From Alphaproteobacteria bacterium (GTDB taxonomy: Bacteria; Pseudomonadota; Alphaproteobacteria; UBA828): DNA of 64,000 nt. The stretch's first letter is position 1, and each line of letters opens with the position of its first letter. The stretch spans positions 787,111 through 851,110 of the forward strand of contig CBDEUT010000008.1 of NCBI GenBank assembly GCA_965243375.1, written 5' to 3'. The position numbers and the translations under genes were made by a program. Below the pieces are notes generated by a model. The model worked only from the letters and a program-made list of their open reading frames with translations, made no database searches and was not told where the DNA came from. Of this stretch, positions 38,403 through 49,822 are shown piece by piece.

Positions 38403-39310
38403 GCGGCATCCGCGTCGGCTTCATCGGCACGGGCGTCATGGGCGAGCCCATGTGCCGCAACCTCGTACGCAAGCACGACGGGCCGGTCGCCGCCTACGAC
38501 CTCGACCCGGTGCCACTGAAGCGCCTCGCCGCCGATGGAGCGGAAATCGCGCCCTCCATCGCGGCACTCGCCGCGGCCGCCGACCTGATCTTCCTGTCGC
38601 TCCCCTCGGGCCGCGAGGTGCGACAGGTCTGCCTCGGCGACGGCGGCCTGATCGAGCACCTCGGCGCCGGGCGCACCGTGGTCGACACAAGCACCGCGCC
38701 GCCCGCGCTCGCCCGCGAGCTCGAAGGCACCTTCGCCGTGCGCGGCATCGCCTTCGCCGATGCCCCGATTGCGCGCACGCGCCAGGCCGCCGTCGACGGC
38801 ACGCTCAGCATCATGGTGGGCGGCGATGCGGCGCTGGTGGAGCGCCTGCGCCCGCTCCTCGCCCACATCGCCCAGGATGTGACCCACTGCGGCCCGGTCG
38901 GCAGCGGGCAGGCGGTCAAGATCCTGAACAACATGATCCTCTTCCAGAACGTCCGGGCGCTGGCGGAAGGCCTCGCGATCGCACGCCGCCAGGGGATCGA
39001 GCCTCGGACGTTCCTGGAGGCGGTGAGCCGCAGCTCGGGCGACAGCTTCGCGCTGCGCAATCACGGCATGAAGGCGATGCTGCCGGAGCGCTACCCCGAA
39101 GGCGCATTCTCCGTCACCTACGCACTGAAAGATCTCGACTACGCGCTTGAACTCGCGGCGGAAACTGGCGTCGATGCCGAGGGTGCCGCGCTGGTCGAAG
39201 CGCTGTTCAACGAAGCCATCGAGCGCGGCCTCGGCGCGCGTTACCATCCCGTCATCGCGACCCTGATCGACCGCACGCGCCCGACCCAGCCGGAGGAAGA
39301 AACGCCATGA
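38399..39310 (+). CDS. NAD(P)-binding 3-hydroxyisobutyrate/2-hydroxy-3-oxopropionate reductase family oxidoreductase
   Basis: GTG start overlapping the tcuA stop. VGFIGTGVMGEPMCRNL Rossmann motif and a GSGQAVKILNNM catalytic region. Confidence 0.85.
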   Translation: MSGIRVGFIGTGVMGEPMCRNLVRKHDGPVAAYDLDPVPLKRLAADGAEIAPSIAALAAAADLIFLSLPSGREVRQVCLGDGGLIEHLGAGRTVVDTSTAPPALARELEGTFAVRGIAFADAPIARTRQAAVDGTLSIMVGGDAALVERLRPLLAHIAQDVTHCGPVGSGQAVKILNNMILFQNVRALAEGLAIARRQGIEPRTFLEAVSRSSGDSFALRNHGMKAMLPERYPEGAFSVTYALKDLDYALELAAETGVDAEGAALVEALFNEAIERGLGARYHPVIATLIDRTRPTQPEEETP

Positions 39311-39963
39311 CCCAGGTTCCCGACACGCTTCTCGCGCAGGTCCGTGCCGAGCTTTCCACCGCGCAATTGGGCGACGTGCTGGACACTCTCGGCCGCCGCC
39401 ATCAGTTCCTGCCGCCCGAAATCTGCTCGACCATGCCCGGCACCACGCTGGTCGGCCGGGCGATGCCGCTGCTGGAGATCGCGGCGACGCCGGACGATCA
39501 CAGCTTCGGCCTGATGTTCGAGGCCCTCGATTCCCTCGGGAAGGACGAGGTCTATGTCGCCGCCGCCGGCGCGCCGCCCTTCGCGCTCTGGGGCGAGCTG
39601 ATGACCACGCGCGCGCTGGCGCAGGGCGCAGCGGGCGCCGTGCTCGACGGTTACATGCGGGATACGCGGGAGATCCGTGCCATGACGCTGCCGGTCTTCG
39701 CGCGCGGCTCCTACGCGCAGGACCAGCGCGGCCGGGGCCGGGTGGTCGCCTATCGGGAGCCTGTTCGCATCGCCGAAGTCGCCGTCCGGCCCGGCGACCT
39801 GATCGTGGGCGACGACGACGGCGTGCTCGTGGTCCCGAGCGACTTCGCGGCGGAATGCGTGGAGAAAGCGCTGGAGAAGCGACGCATCGAAAACGTCATC
39901 GCCCAGGAGATCGAGTCCGGCCTGTCGACCACCGAGGCCTGGGAGAAATACGGCGTCATGTAG
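39307..39963 (+). CDS. RraA-family protein (RraA / 4-hydroxy-4-methyl-2-oxoglutarate aldolase-like)
   Basis: 218 aa ...GELMTTRALAQGAAGAVLDGYMRDTREI... fits the RraA/MenG fold family. Overlaps the upstream stop (ATGA). Confidence 0.75.
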   Translation: MTQVPDTLLAQVRAELSTAQLGDVLDTLGRRHQFLPPEICSTMPGTTLVGRAMPLLEIAATPDDHSFGLMFEALDSLGKDEVYVAAAGAPPFALWGELMTTRALAQGAAGAVLDGYMRDTREIRAMTLPVFARGSYAQDQRGRGRVVAYREPVRIAEVAVRPGDLIVGDDDGVLVVPSDFAAECVEKALEKRRIENVIAQEIESGLSTTEAWEKYGVM

Positions 39964-40083
39964 GGCCAAGCGTGCGTCCGTCATTGACGGGTGCGCGACA
40001 GGCCGCGACCGCGGCCCGCCGCGAATGCGGCGCCGTCGCGGAGGCGCCGGCCGTAGGCCGGCCGCCGTGAGCGATAACACTCT

Positions 40084-41121
40084 CTAACGGAACAGCGTTT
40101 CGAACTCGGTCGCCGCCGTATCCCAGCTTCGGCTCCGGCTGCTTCGAAGGGCGATCTTGCTCGTGGCCTGGAAGGCGTCGTCATCCTTCAACATGGCCAG
40201 AGCGTTCTCGACGAAAGCATCGTCGTCAGAAGCGAGAAAGCCCGATTGACGATCGGTGAATCGCTCCTTCACGGAACCGATCGGCCTGGCCACCGCCGGC
40301 AGGCCCACGGCCTGCGATTCGGCCAGCGTCGAGCAATACATCTCGCGTTCGGAGCCGGGATAGAGATGCACCCGCGCCCTGGCGTAGGCCTTCGCCATGT
40401 CCCGGTCGCCGCCGGGCGCCATGATCGTCACCCCGTGGTCGGCCCCTGCCTTTGCCTTCTCGAAAATTGGCTGGAGATCCTCGGCGAGCGTGTCGCCGGC
40501 AGTCTCGGCGCGCTTGAAGCCAGCCGAATAGACCTGTAGCTGGGCGTTCGGCGCCTGCGGGCGAATCCGCTCGACCCACAATTCGAGCAGCCAATCCAGA
40601 TCGTGCTTGGGGTGGGTCGTGACCACTGCAGTCGGCGGGTCGTCGGGAGACATCTCCTCGTTGTTGCGGTATTCCTCGCGCACGCCCGGCGCGATGGAGC
40701 GGTAGTAGACCAGGTCCTCGCCCTGGCTCCGATAGGCTTCGGAATGGGTATTGCCCAGGAACACAAGCTTGGCGTCGGTGCGTTTCAGCACTTCGTTGAC
40801 CTGCGGCCGGTGGAGATAGTCCGGCGGCCCGGCGACCCAGAGGATGCGCGCCTTGACCGCCCGCGTGAACTCGAGCAGCGCCGGCTTGCGGAACGCGATC
40901 AGCACCTCGGTGATCGGCGGCCTGCGGCCATCCCAGTGGATCCAGCTGACGTTCTCGAAACTCATGCTGTTCGGGCTGCGGTTGACGGCACGCACCACGT
41001 GGCCCTGGCGCGCGAGCGCCGCCGGCAGGCTGGCGAACGCCTTCTCGGCGCCTCCAATCGGTTGATATGCCGGGGTCATCCCGTTGAATGGGATGGAGTC
41101 GTCGACCAGGGTGACAAGCAT
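40084..41121 (-). CDS. Glycosyltransferase family 4 (GT-B, group 1)
   Basis: MLVTLVDDSIPFNGMTPAYQPIGGAEKAFASLPAALARQGHVV is a GT4 N-terminus, and the C-terminus has an E-x7-E-like region. Confidence 0.75.
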   Translation of the reverse strand: MLVTLVDDSIPFNGMTPAYQPIGGAEKAFASLPAALARQGHVVRAVNRSPNSMSFENVSWIHWDGRRPPITEVLIAFRKPALLEFTRAVKARILWVAGPPDYLHRPQVNEVLKRTDAKLVFLGNTHSEAYRSQGEDLVYYRSIAPGVREEYRNNEEMSPDDPPTAVVTTHPKHDLDWLLELWVERIRPQAPNAQLQVYSAGFKRAETAGDTLAEDLQPIFEKAKAGADHGVTIMAPGGDRDMAKAYARARVHLYPGSEREMYCSTLAESQAVGLPAVARPIGSVKERFTDRQSGFLASDDDAFVENALAMLKDDDAFQATSKIALRSSRSRSWDTAATEFETLFR

Positions 41122-41221
41122 GCGTCGGCTTATAGCGGTGCCCGCATGGCTTGCCAAGCAAGGGCGCTACAGTCGGGCCGAACGGGAAGAACGAGAGGCG
41201 GATCGCAGCAATGAGGGCACG

Positions 41222-42568
41222 ATGACAAGGAGCCGGAAGAGCAGAGAGTCCACGCCTGTGTTGCCGGATTGCCCGAGTGCGGCGGAGATCGCAGCCAGCG
41301 TCCGCACCGGGCGCGAGAGCGCGGCGGAGGCCTGTGACGCGGCTCTGGGCCGCATTGCCGAGACGGAGGCAGTGGTTCAGGCGTGGCACTATCTCGACGC
41401 CGCCGAGGCTGCGGCAAGGGCACAGGCGATCGACGATGCCGGCCCGCGCGGCGCGTTCGCCGGCGTCCCGGTCGCCATCAAGGACATCATCGATACGGCT
41501 GATCAGCCGACCGGGAACGGAACCCCGCTTGACGAAGGACGCAGGCCAGGCGTGGACGCCACGGTCGTGCGCCGCCTGCGCGCGGCAGGCGCGCTGATCC
41601 TCGGCAAGACCGTAACCACCGAGCTTGCCTGCGGCGCCGCCAACGCCACCCGCAACCCGCACGCGCTCTCGCGAACGCCGGGCGGCTCGTCCTCGGGCTC
41701 GGCGGCCACCGTGGCGGCCGGCGGCGTGCCGCTCGCCCTCGGCACCCAGACTGCGGGCTCCGTCGTACGACCCGCCGCTTTCTGCGGCGTCTGGGGCATG
41801 AAGCCGAGCTTCGGCACGATCCCCCGCACCGGGGTTACGCGGCTGTCGCGCACGCTCGACCACGTCGGCGTGCTCGCAGGCTCGGCGCAGGACGTGGCGC
41901 TCGGCATCGACACGATCTCCGGCGACGACGGGCAGGATCAGGCGAGCGCCGGGCGGGCGCCGACCCGCCTCGCTGCCGCCCTCACGCTCCCGCTCGGCCA
42001 GCCTCGTCTCGCCTTCATCAGGGAGCCGGCCTGGGAGGAAGTCGAACCGGACGCCAAGGCGGCGCTCGAGGCCGCAGCGGATGCCTGCGGCGCGGCGCCG
42101 CTCACCTTGCGCTCTCCCTTCGACCAGGCGGGGGCGGTGCATATCGGCATCATGCGCCGCGAGGTCGCCCACGCGCTCGCGCCCTGGTGCGAGCGCGGCG
42201 CGGCGGACCTTTCCCCAACCATACGCAAGCACATCGAAGGTGGCCGGGAGATCGACGCCGACGGCTACCTCGACCTGCTCGACGCGGCGGACGCGATGCG
42301 GCGCGCGTTCGAGCACGCGATGCGGCCCTACGATGCGGCGCTGACCCCGGCCGCGCCGGGAGCCGCGCCCGGGGGACTGGCCTTCACCGGAAGCCGGCAA
42401 CAGACCATGCTCTGGACCATGCTCGGCGTACCGGCAATCAACGTTCCCGTCCTTGCGGTCGATGGCCTGCCGCTCGGCCTTCAGGTCGTCGGGCGCTACG
42501 GCGCCGATGCGACGACGCTGCGGGCTGCGGCCTGGTGCAGCACCCGCTTGCAGGAAGCGGGCGGGTAG
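41222..42568 (+). CDS. Amidase-signature family amidase
   Basis: GGSSSGSAATVAAG signature and a KDIID catalytic lysine region. GAGGG RBS before the ATG at 41222. Confidence 0.85.
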   Translation: MTRSRKSRESTPVLPDCPSAAEIAASVRTGRESAAEACDAALGRIAETEAVVQAWHYLDAAEAAARAQAIDDAGPRGAFAGVPVAIKDIIDTADQPTGNGTPLDEGRRPGVDATVVRRLRAAGALILGKTVTTELACGAANATRNPHALSRTPGGSSSGSAATVAAGGVPLALGTQTAGSVVRPAAFCGVWGMKPSFGTIPRTGVTRLSRTLDHVGVLAGSAQDVALGIDTISGDDGQDQASAGRAPTRLAAALTLPLGQPRLAFIREPAWEEVEPDAKAALEAAADACGAAPLTLRSPFDQAGAVHIGIMRREVAHALAPWCERGAADLSPTIRKHIEGGREIDADGYLDLLDAADAMRRAFEHAMRPYDAALTPAAPGAAPGGLAFTGSRQQTMLWTMLGVPAINVPVLAVDGLPLGLQVVGRYGADATTLRAAAWCSTRLQEAGG

Positions 42569-42607
42569 GCGCACCATTGGGCGCGCCATAGCGCCGGGAC
42601 GCAGAAT

Positions 42608-43723
42608 ATGACGCGATTTCACTTCGCCCACGCCGGCGGCTCCAGCGGCGAAGCCGCTATCGAGTCCTGCATCGAGCGGCTCGGCCCCTCGCTGCCGCAG
42701 CAGGGTCTCGGCATGCTCTACGTGACCGATGCGATCGGCGATCACCTGCCGGCCGCGCTGGAGAGGCTCAAGCGCGCGACCGGCATCGACGAGTGGATCG
42801 GCTCGGTCGGCATCGGCATCTGCGCCACCGGGCGCGAGTACTTCGACGAGCCCGCCGCCGCGGTCATGGTCGCCGACCTCGACCCGGCGAGCTACAGGGT
42901 CTTCGAGACCGTCCGCGACGACCTCGGCGAGTTCAGCCGCTCGAACGGCGCCTGGATCGCCCGCGCTCCGGCGCGCTTCGGCATCGTGCACGCCGACCCG
43001 CGAAACCAGCGCACGGGCGACATCATCGCCGACCTCGCCGAGGAGCTCGACGGCTTTCTGGTGGGCGGCCTCTCGTCCTCGCGCGCGGTGCCCGCGCAGA
43101 TCGCGGGCGGCGTCACCGAGGGCGGGGTCTCCGGCGTTCTGCTGTCGGAGACCGTCGCCGTCGCCACCGCGCTCAGCCAGAGCTGCATGCCCATCGGCCC
43201 GAGCCACGAGATTACCGACTGCCGCGCCAACATCCTGATCGAGCTCGACGGTCGGCCGGCGCTGGAGGTCTTCAAGGAGGAGATCGGAGAGGAGCTCGCG
43301 AGCGACCTGCGCCGGGTCGGCGGCCTCATGTTCGCGGCCCTTCCCGTCTCGGGCAGCGACACGGGCGACTACCTGGTGCGCAACATCGTGGGCTTCGACG
43401 TCGACCGCGGCCTTATCGGTATCGGCGAGCTGGTGGAGCGCGGCACCCAGTTGCAGTTCTGCCGCCGCGATGCGGCCGCCGCCGAGCACGACCTCGGCCG
43501 CATGGTAGCCTCGGTGAAGCGCCGGGCCGGCGCCGAGCCGCGCGGCGCCCTCTACTTCACCTGCCTCGCCCGCGGCCCCAACATGTTCGGCGAAGCTTCC
43601 GAGGAGCTCAGGCTGATCGAACGCACCCTCGGCGACGTGCCACTCGTTGGCTTCTTCTGCAACGGCGAGATTTCGCACAACCGGCTCTACGGCTACACCG
43701 GCGTCCTCACCCTCTTCCCGTAA
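42608..43723 (+). CDS. FIST-domain sensory protein
   Basis: 371 aa. The N- and C-terminal halves resemble FIST N/C domains. No output domain. Confidence 0.7.
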   Translation: MTRFHFAHAGGSSGEAAIESCIERLGPSLPQQGLGMLYVTDAIGDHLPAALERLKRATGIDEWIGSVGIGICATGREYFDEPAAAVMVADLDPASYRVFETVRDDLGEFSRSNGAWIARAPARFGIVHADPRNQRTGDIIADLAEELDGFLVGGLSSSRAVPAQIAGGVTEGGVSGVLLSETVAVATALSQSCMPIGPSHEITDCRANILIELDGRPALEVFKEEIGEELASDLRRVGGLMFAALPVSGSDTGDYLVRNIVGFDVDRGLIGIGELVERGTQLQFCRRDAAAAEHDLGRMVASVKRRAGAEPRGALYFTCLARGPNMFGEASEELRLIERTLGDVPLVGFFCNGEISHNRLYGYTGVLTLFP

Positions 43724-44752
43724 TCAGGCCGCCGCGCGGCGCAGGTAATCCTCCGCAAGGGTGCACGCGAGCTCGGCCACTTCCGGCGCGAGGGCCTGCG
43801 CGCTTGCGGTTTCCGAGCGCGTATGGACCCAGCCCAGGTAGCTGAAGGCGCGCACGAGCTCGAAGAGCGGCATGTGCGCGAGCTCTTCGTCCGGCAGGTC
43901 GCGCGCGCTGCGGTAGCCTTCGACGACGCCGGCGCGGATCGCCTCGGCAACGTCGCTGCCGAGGTAGATCGTCCAGACCGTCGCCAGGTCGAAGAGGTGC
44001 CAGCCGAAGCCGCAGTCGTCGAAATCGAGGGGGATCACCCGCTCGCCGTCGAGCAGCATGTTGTCGAGGTTGAAATCGGCGTGAATCAGGCCGTAGCGCC
44101 GGTGCGAGCGGCCGTATGCCGTGAGCGCCTCGTCCGCGCTGGCGCGGGCACGCTCGATCAGCCGGCGCTCCTCGGCGCCCAGCGCTGCGGCTTCCCAGAA
44201 CCGGCCCCAGAGAGGGTCCGGGCCGACCAGCCCCTCGCGGTCCCAGGCATGGCGGGTGAAGCCGGCGGGAAGGGCCCACGATTCGGTCTGGTTGTGAAGA
44301 CGGGCGCAAAGCCGGCCGACCTCGACGAAGACCGCGTGCACGTTCGTGACCGCCGGGTTCAGGCCCTCCTCCAGGGTGCCGATGGGGATGCCCGGCATCC
44401 AGGTCAGCATGTCCACCTGTCGCGGTTCGGGCACGCCCGAGCCCTGCACCGTCTCGAACCGCTCGCCGCTGGCGCTCGGGATCACCGCCGCCACGTCGAT
44501 GCCTTCGGCGTGCAGCGCCTCCATCCAGGCAAGCTCCGAGCGAAGCCCCGCGTCGCTGTGGTAGCCGTGGCGGTGAATGCGGAGCACCGCGTCGCGCCCG
44601 TCCGTTGCGACCACGCGGAAGACCGCGTTCTCCCGATACTTGACGATCTCGGGCTTGCATCCCTCCACGCCCCAGCGCAGCAGCGCCTCCAGTGCGAGCG
44701 CGCGCAGTCGCTCGGCCCGCTCGTCGAGCGGCAGACGATAGAAATCGGTCAT
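43724..44752 (-). CDS. Phosphotransferase, APH/homoserine-kinase-type-II/hydroxylysine-kinase-like
   Basis: LIHADFNLDNMLL (Brenner motif) and PLDFDDCGFGW (DFG-like). 342 aa. Confidence 0.8.
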   Translation of the reverse strand: MTDFYRLPLDERAERLRALALEALLRWGVEGCKPEIVKYRENAVFRVVATDGRDAVLRIHRHGYHSDAGLRSELAWMEALHAEGIDVAAVIPSASGERFETVQGSGVPEPRQVDMLTWMPGIPIGTLEEGLNPAVTNVHAVFVEVGRLCARLHNQTESWALPAGFTRHAWDREGLVGPDPLWGRFWEAAALGAEERRLIERARASADEALTAYGRSHRRYGLIHADFNLDNMLLDGERVIPLDFDDCGFGWHLFDLATVWTIYLGSDVAEAIRAGVVEGYRSARDLPDEELAHMPLFELVRAFSYLGWVHTRSETASAQALAPEVAELACTLAEDYLRRAAA

Positions 44753-44762
44753 GAGTGCGCTG

Positions 44763-46019
44763 TCACGCGAGCGAAGCGAGGGTTTCGTCGAGGGCTGCGA
44801 GAAGCTGATCCGCGTCCGCTGCGGAGAACGGCATGGGCGGGCGAATCTTGAGCACGTGATCGTGCCGGCCGGTGCGGCTGATCAGCACACCCCGCTCGCG
44901 CATCCCGTTCACGGCAGCCTTGGTCAGCTCCGGCGCCGGCGTTTCGCGATCTCCGTCGGCGAAGAACGGAACGCCCATGAAGAAACCCCGACCGCGCGGT
45001 GCGCCGATCATGGCGTGCTTGTTGCCGAGGGCGAGCAGCCCCTCCTGCAGATGCGCGCCGACCCTACGAGCATTCTCCATCAGGCCTTCCTGCTCGATCA
45101 CCTCCAGCACCGCATGGCCCACCGCGCAGGACACCGGATTGCCGCCGAAGGTGTTGAAATACATCGCCTTGTCCGCGAAGTCGTCGATCAGGTCCGGCCT
45201 GGCGACCACGGCGGCCAGCGGATGACCGTTGCCGAGCGGCTTGCCCAGGGTCACGAGGTCCGGCACGGCGTCGTAGAGCTGATGCCCCCACATCCCGGCG
45301 CCCGTGCGTCCGAGCCCCGGTTGCACCTCGTCCGCGATGTAGAGCCCGCCGGCTTCGCGGGTGAGCGCGACGGCCTGCTCGACGTAGCCCTCGGGCACCG
45401 CCGGCATGCCTTCGGTCGCGAAGATCGTGTCGAAGAAGATCGCGGCGGGCTTCATGCCGGCCTCGGCCATCGAGGCGATGGCGGCCTCCACTTCGGCCGC
45501 CGCCTCGGCCGGGTCGTCGTCGGCCTCGGGCACCCTGATCGTGCGCACCCTGGGGTCGATCCCCTCGGGCATCGCGAACGCGGTGCAGAGCCCGGCGACC
45601 ACGGCCGAGTTCCCGTGGTAGCAGAAGTCGGTGACGATCACGCCTTCGTTGCCCGTGCAGGCGCGCGCCATCCTCAGCGCAAGCTCGCTCGCCTCGGTGC
45701 CCGAGCACACCAGCGAGACGCGGGAGAGCTCGTCCGCGAAGGTGGCCGTCAGGGCCTCGCCGTAGTCGAGGATGCGCTCGTCCAGATAGCGGGTGGAGAG
45801 ATTGAGCCGGCCGGCCTGGTCCGCCAGCGCCTCCACCACGTGCGGGTGGCAGTGGCCGACGTGGGGCACGTTGTTGTAGGCGTCGAGGTAGACCCGCCCG
45901 TCGCTGTCCCAGACCCGGACCCCCTCCCCCTTCACCAGGTGCAGCGGGCGGTCGTAGAAGAGCGGCGCACCGGCACCCAACAGCCGATGCCGGCGTTCGA
46001 GCAGCGTATCGTCGGACAT
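44763..46019 (-). CDS. Class III aminotransferase-fold PLP enzyme, candidate phospho-lyase partner of the adjacent kinase
   Basis: HVGHCHPHVVEA, SGTEASELA and DEVQPGLGRTGAG motifs. 11 bp from the upstream kinase stop. Confidence 0.8.
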   Translation of the reverse strand: MSDDTLLERRHRLLGAGAPLFYDRPLHLVKGEGVRVWDSDGRVYLDAYNNVPHVGHCHPHVVEALADQAGRLNLSTRYLDERILDYGEALTATFADELSRVSLVCSGTEASELALRMARACTGNEGVIVTDFCYHGNSAVVAGLCTAFAMPEGIDPRVRTIRVPEADDDPAEAAAEVEAAIASMAEAGMKPAAIFFDTIFATEGMPAVPEGYVEQAVALTREAGGLYIADEVQPGLGRTGAGMWGHQLYDAVPDLVTLGKPLGNGHPLAAVVARPDLIDDFADKAMYFNTFGGNPVSCAVGHAVLEVIEQEGLMENARRVGAHLQEGLLALGNKHAMIGAPRGRGFFMGVPFFADGDRETPAPELTKAAVNGMRERGVLISRTGRHDHVLKIRPPMPFSAADADQLLAALDETLASLA

Positions 46020-46117
46020 TGTCGGGATCCTCGCGTGACGGCCGGAGGGGCGGCAGCCGCTGTTCGATGGGACGGTTCGCCTTTACCCGCGGGCACGGGC
46101 CGGGCTAGAGACATGCC

Positions 46118-46885
46118 ATGAGCATTACGGTCACGGCGCGCGGCGTGGTCAAGGCGTTCGACGGCAAGCCGGTGCTGCGCGGGGTCGATCTCGACGTGCC
46201 CGAGGGGCGCTCGACCGTCCTGGTCGGCCCTTCGTCGAGCGGCAAGTCGGTGCTGCTGAAGTGCCTGCTCGGGCTGATGCCGATGGATGGCGGCTCCGTC
46301 CGCTACGGCGACACCGATCTTGCGTCTCTCGACAAGAGTGAGCTGGAGCGCCTGATGCGCGACGTGGGCGTGCTGTTTCAGCAGAACGCGCTCTTCGACA
46401 GCCTCACCGTGTGGGAGAACGTGGCCTTCACCCTGATTCACGGCCAGGGCATGGCGCGGCGGGCCGCAAGGCAACGGGCGCTGGAGACCATCGCATCGGT
46501 GGGCCTCAAGCCCGAGGTCGCCGATCTTTCGCCGGCCGAACTTTCCGGCGGCATGCAGAAGCGCGTCGCGCTGGGCCGCGCCATCGCCGCCGAGCCCCGG
46601 TTCCTGGTGCTCGACGATCCGACCGCCGGGCTCGACCCGATCCTGACCGGCACGATCGTCTCGCTGATTCGGGGCGCCATCCTGCGAAGCGGAGCGACCG
46701 CGCTCACGGTCACGAGCGGCATGAGCGTGGCACGGGAGAACTTCGACCGGCTCGCCATGCTGCATGAGGGGGCGATCATGTGGCAGGGCGCGGCCGACGA
46801 GATCGGCGAGAGCGGCAGCGCCCACCTGGATCAACTGATCAACCAGCGCGCCGAAGGCCCGATCCAGATGCGCATCACCGCCTGA
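46118..46885 (+). CDS. ABC transporter ATP-binding protein (MlaF/Ttg2A-like)
   Basis: GPSSSGKS Walker A, LSGGMQKRVALGRAI signature, LVLDDPTAGLD Walker B. No adjacent permease. Confidence 0.8.
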   Translation: MSITVTARGVVKAFDGKPVLRGVDLDVPEGRSTVLVGPSSSGKSVLLKCLLGLMPMDGGSVRYGDTDLASLDKSELERLMRDVGVLFQQNALFDSLTVWENVAFTLIHGQGMARRAARQRALETIASVGLKPEVADLSPAELSGGMQKRVALGRAIAAEPRFLVLDDPTAGLDPILTGTIVSLIRGAILRSGATALTVTSGMSVARENFDRLAMLHEGAIMWQGAADEIGESGSAHLDQLINQRAEGPIQMRITA

Positions 46886-46930
46886 GCGCGCGCCGCCCGC
46901 AGCCAAGCGGCCGGCGAGGAGCCCGCGAAG

Positions 46931-48339
<1,409 letters not shown>

Positions 48340-48478
48340 TCGAATCCTCCCTCGAATTCTTAGCCCCCAATGTGGCGATTAACTGGCGCAGGTCCAGCCC
48401 CAATGAGCCCTCGTTCGTGCATAGGAACAATATCGTCGACGAGGCCGTGCTAGGCTCTGGGCAACAGGAGGGCAGGCC

Positions 48479-49411
48479 GTGGCGAAGACGATCTATTTCA
48501 GCCATCCCGTTTGCGCGGACCACGACCCCGGCGCGCAGCACCCGGAATCGGGCGCGCGGCTTGGGGCGATCGAGGAGGCGCTTAGCGCCGACACGTTCGC
48601 GACGCTCGATCGCCGCCAGGCACCGGTGGGCGAGCCCGAGATCCTCGCCTGGGCGCACGACGAGAAGCTGGTGGACGCCATTCTCGCCAACGTGCCCGAT
48701 GAGGGGCGCGTCGCCATCGACGCCGACACGGTGCTGTCGCCCGCCTCGGGCGAGGCCGCGCGCCGCGCGGCAGGCGCGGTCGCGGCTGCGGTGGACGCGG
48801 TGTTCGCCGGCGAGGCGGACAACGCCTTCTGCGCGGTGCGCCCGCCGGGCCACCATGCCGAGCCGCGCCGGCCGATGGGGTTCTGCCTCTTCAACAACGT
48901 CGTGATCGGCGCCGAGCGGGCACGGCGCGCCCACGGCTGCACGCGCATCGCCGTGGTCGACTTCGACGTCCACCACGGCAACGGCACGCAGGCGGCGTTC
49001 GAGCAGGACGGCGACCTCTTCTTCGGCTCCACCCATCAGTGGCCGCTCTATCCGGGCACGGGTGCCGCGAGCGAGACCGGCGTTGGCAACATCGTCAACG
49101 CGCCGCTCAGCCCGGGCACCGGTTCGGCCGGCTTCCGCGACGCGATGGAGAGCAAGATGCTGCCCGCGCTCCGCGCCCACCGGCCCGAGCTGATCCTGAT
49201 CTCCGCCGGCTTCGATGCGCACCGCGATGATCCGCTGGCGAACCTGGAGCTGGTCGAGGACGACTACCGCTGGATCACCACGGAGCTGACCCGGCTCGCG
49301 GGCGAGGTGTGCGACGGGCGCGTGGTCTCGACCCTCGAAGGCGGCTACGACCTGCGCGCCCTCGGCGCCAGCGCCGCCGCCCACGTCGAGACGCTGATGG
49401 CGGCGGATTAA
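48479..49411 (+). CDS. Histone deacetylase-family protein (acetoin utilization AcuC / acetylpolyamine amidohydrolase-like)
   Basis: DFDVHHGNGTQ and GGYDL motifs. 310 aa. Confidence 0.85.
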   Translation: MAKTIYFSHPVCADHDPGAQHPESGARLGAIEEALSADTFATLDRRQAPVGEPEILAWAHDEKLVDAILANVPDEGRVAIDADTVLSPASGEAARRAAGAVAAAVDAVFAGEADNAFCAVRPPGHHAEPRRPMGFCLFNNVVIGAERARRAHGCTRIAVVDFDVHHGNGTQAAFEQDGDLFFGSTHQWPLYPGTGAASETGVGNIVNAPLSPGTGSAGFRDAMESKMLPALRAHRPELILISAGFDAHRDDPLANLELVEDDYRWITTELTRLAGEVCDGRVVSTLEGGYDLRALGASAAAHVETLMAAD

Positions 49412-49707
49412 CCCGCAGCGTCCTCCTCGGGCGTGAGGGTCTTGAGCGCGAGCGCGTGCACGTCGGTGCGCAACTCGTCTTCGAGCACACTGTAGACCAG
49501 GCGCTGACGCGCGATTCGGGAGAGACCGGCGAAGCGCTCGGAGGCGATCTCGACGATGAAGTGGCTCTCGCCCTCGGGCCGCGCGCCGACATGACCCGCG
49601 TGACGCGCGGAATCGTCCACGATGTCGAGGCGGCTCGGCGCAAGCGCCTCGCTCAGCTTCTGGCGGATCGCGGCCTGAACACGGCCGCCTGTGCTCTCAG
49701 TCTCCAT
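49408..49707 (-). CDS. bolA: BolA-family regulator
   Basis: 99 aa. ...SRLDIVDDSARHAGH...HFIVEIASERFAGLSRIARQRLVYSVL matches the BolA motif. Confidence 0.8.
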   Translation of the reverse strand: METESTGGRVQAAIRQKLSEALAPSRLDIVDDSARHAGHVGARPEGESHFIVEIASERFAGLSRIARQRLVYSVLEDELRTDVHALALKTLTPEEDAAG

Positions 49708-49746
49708 GTCTCAGCCCAACCCGAACCGGCCACTCCTTACATCGTC

Positions 49747-49769
49747 ATGCGCGGACTTGATCCGCGCAT
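49747..49769. repeat. Perfect hairpin ATGCGCGGA-CTTGA-TCCGCGCAT (9-bp stem)
   Basis: Read directly. Shares its loop and stem-proximal GGA/TCC with the hairpin at 49823-49843. Confidence 0.6.
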
Positions 49770-49822
49770 CCATCCGGCCGACCTCCCGCCGAGGTTGAGC
49801 GGCTGCGTGGATGGCCGGGACA

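Noticed and set aside
37889-39310. 473-aa ORF start as given in the ORF track
   Set aside because: The N-terminal extension is an overlapping frame inside tcuA. The real Rossmann-fold start is the GTG at 38399 with a GAAGGAAGG RBS.
40226-43678. 1150-aa minus-strand ORF
   Set aside because: It is antisense to the GT4, amidase and FIST genes, which have clear motifs and RBSs. Arginine/glycine-rich junk translation.
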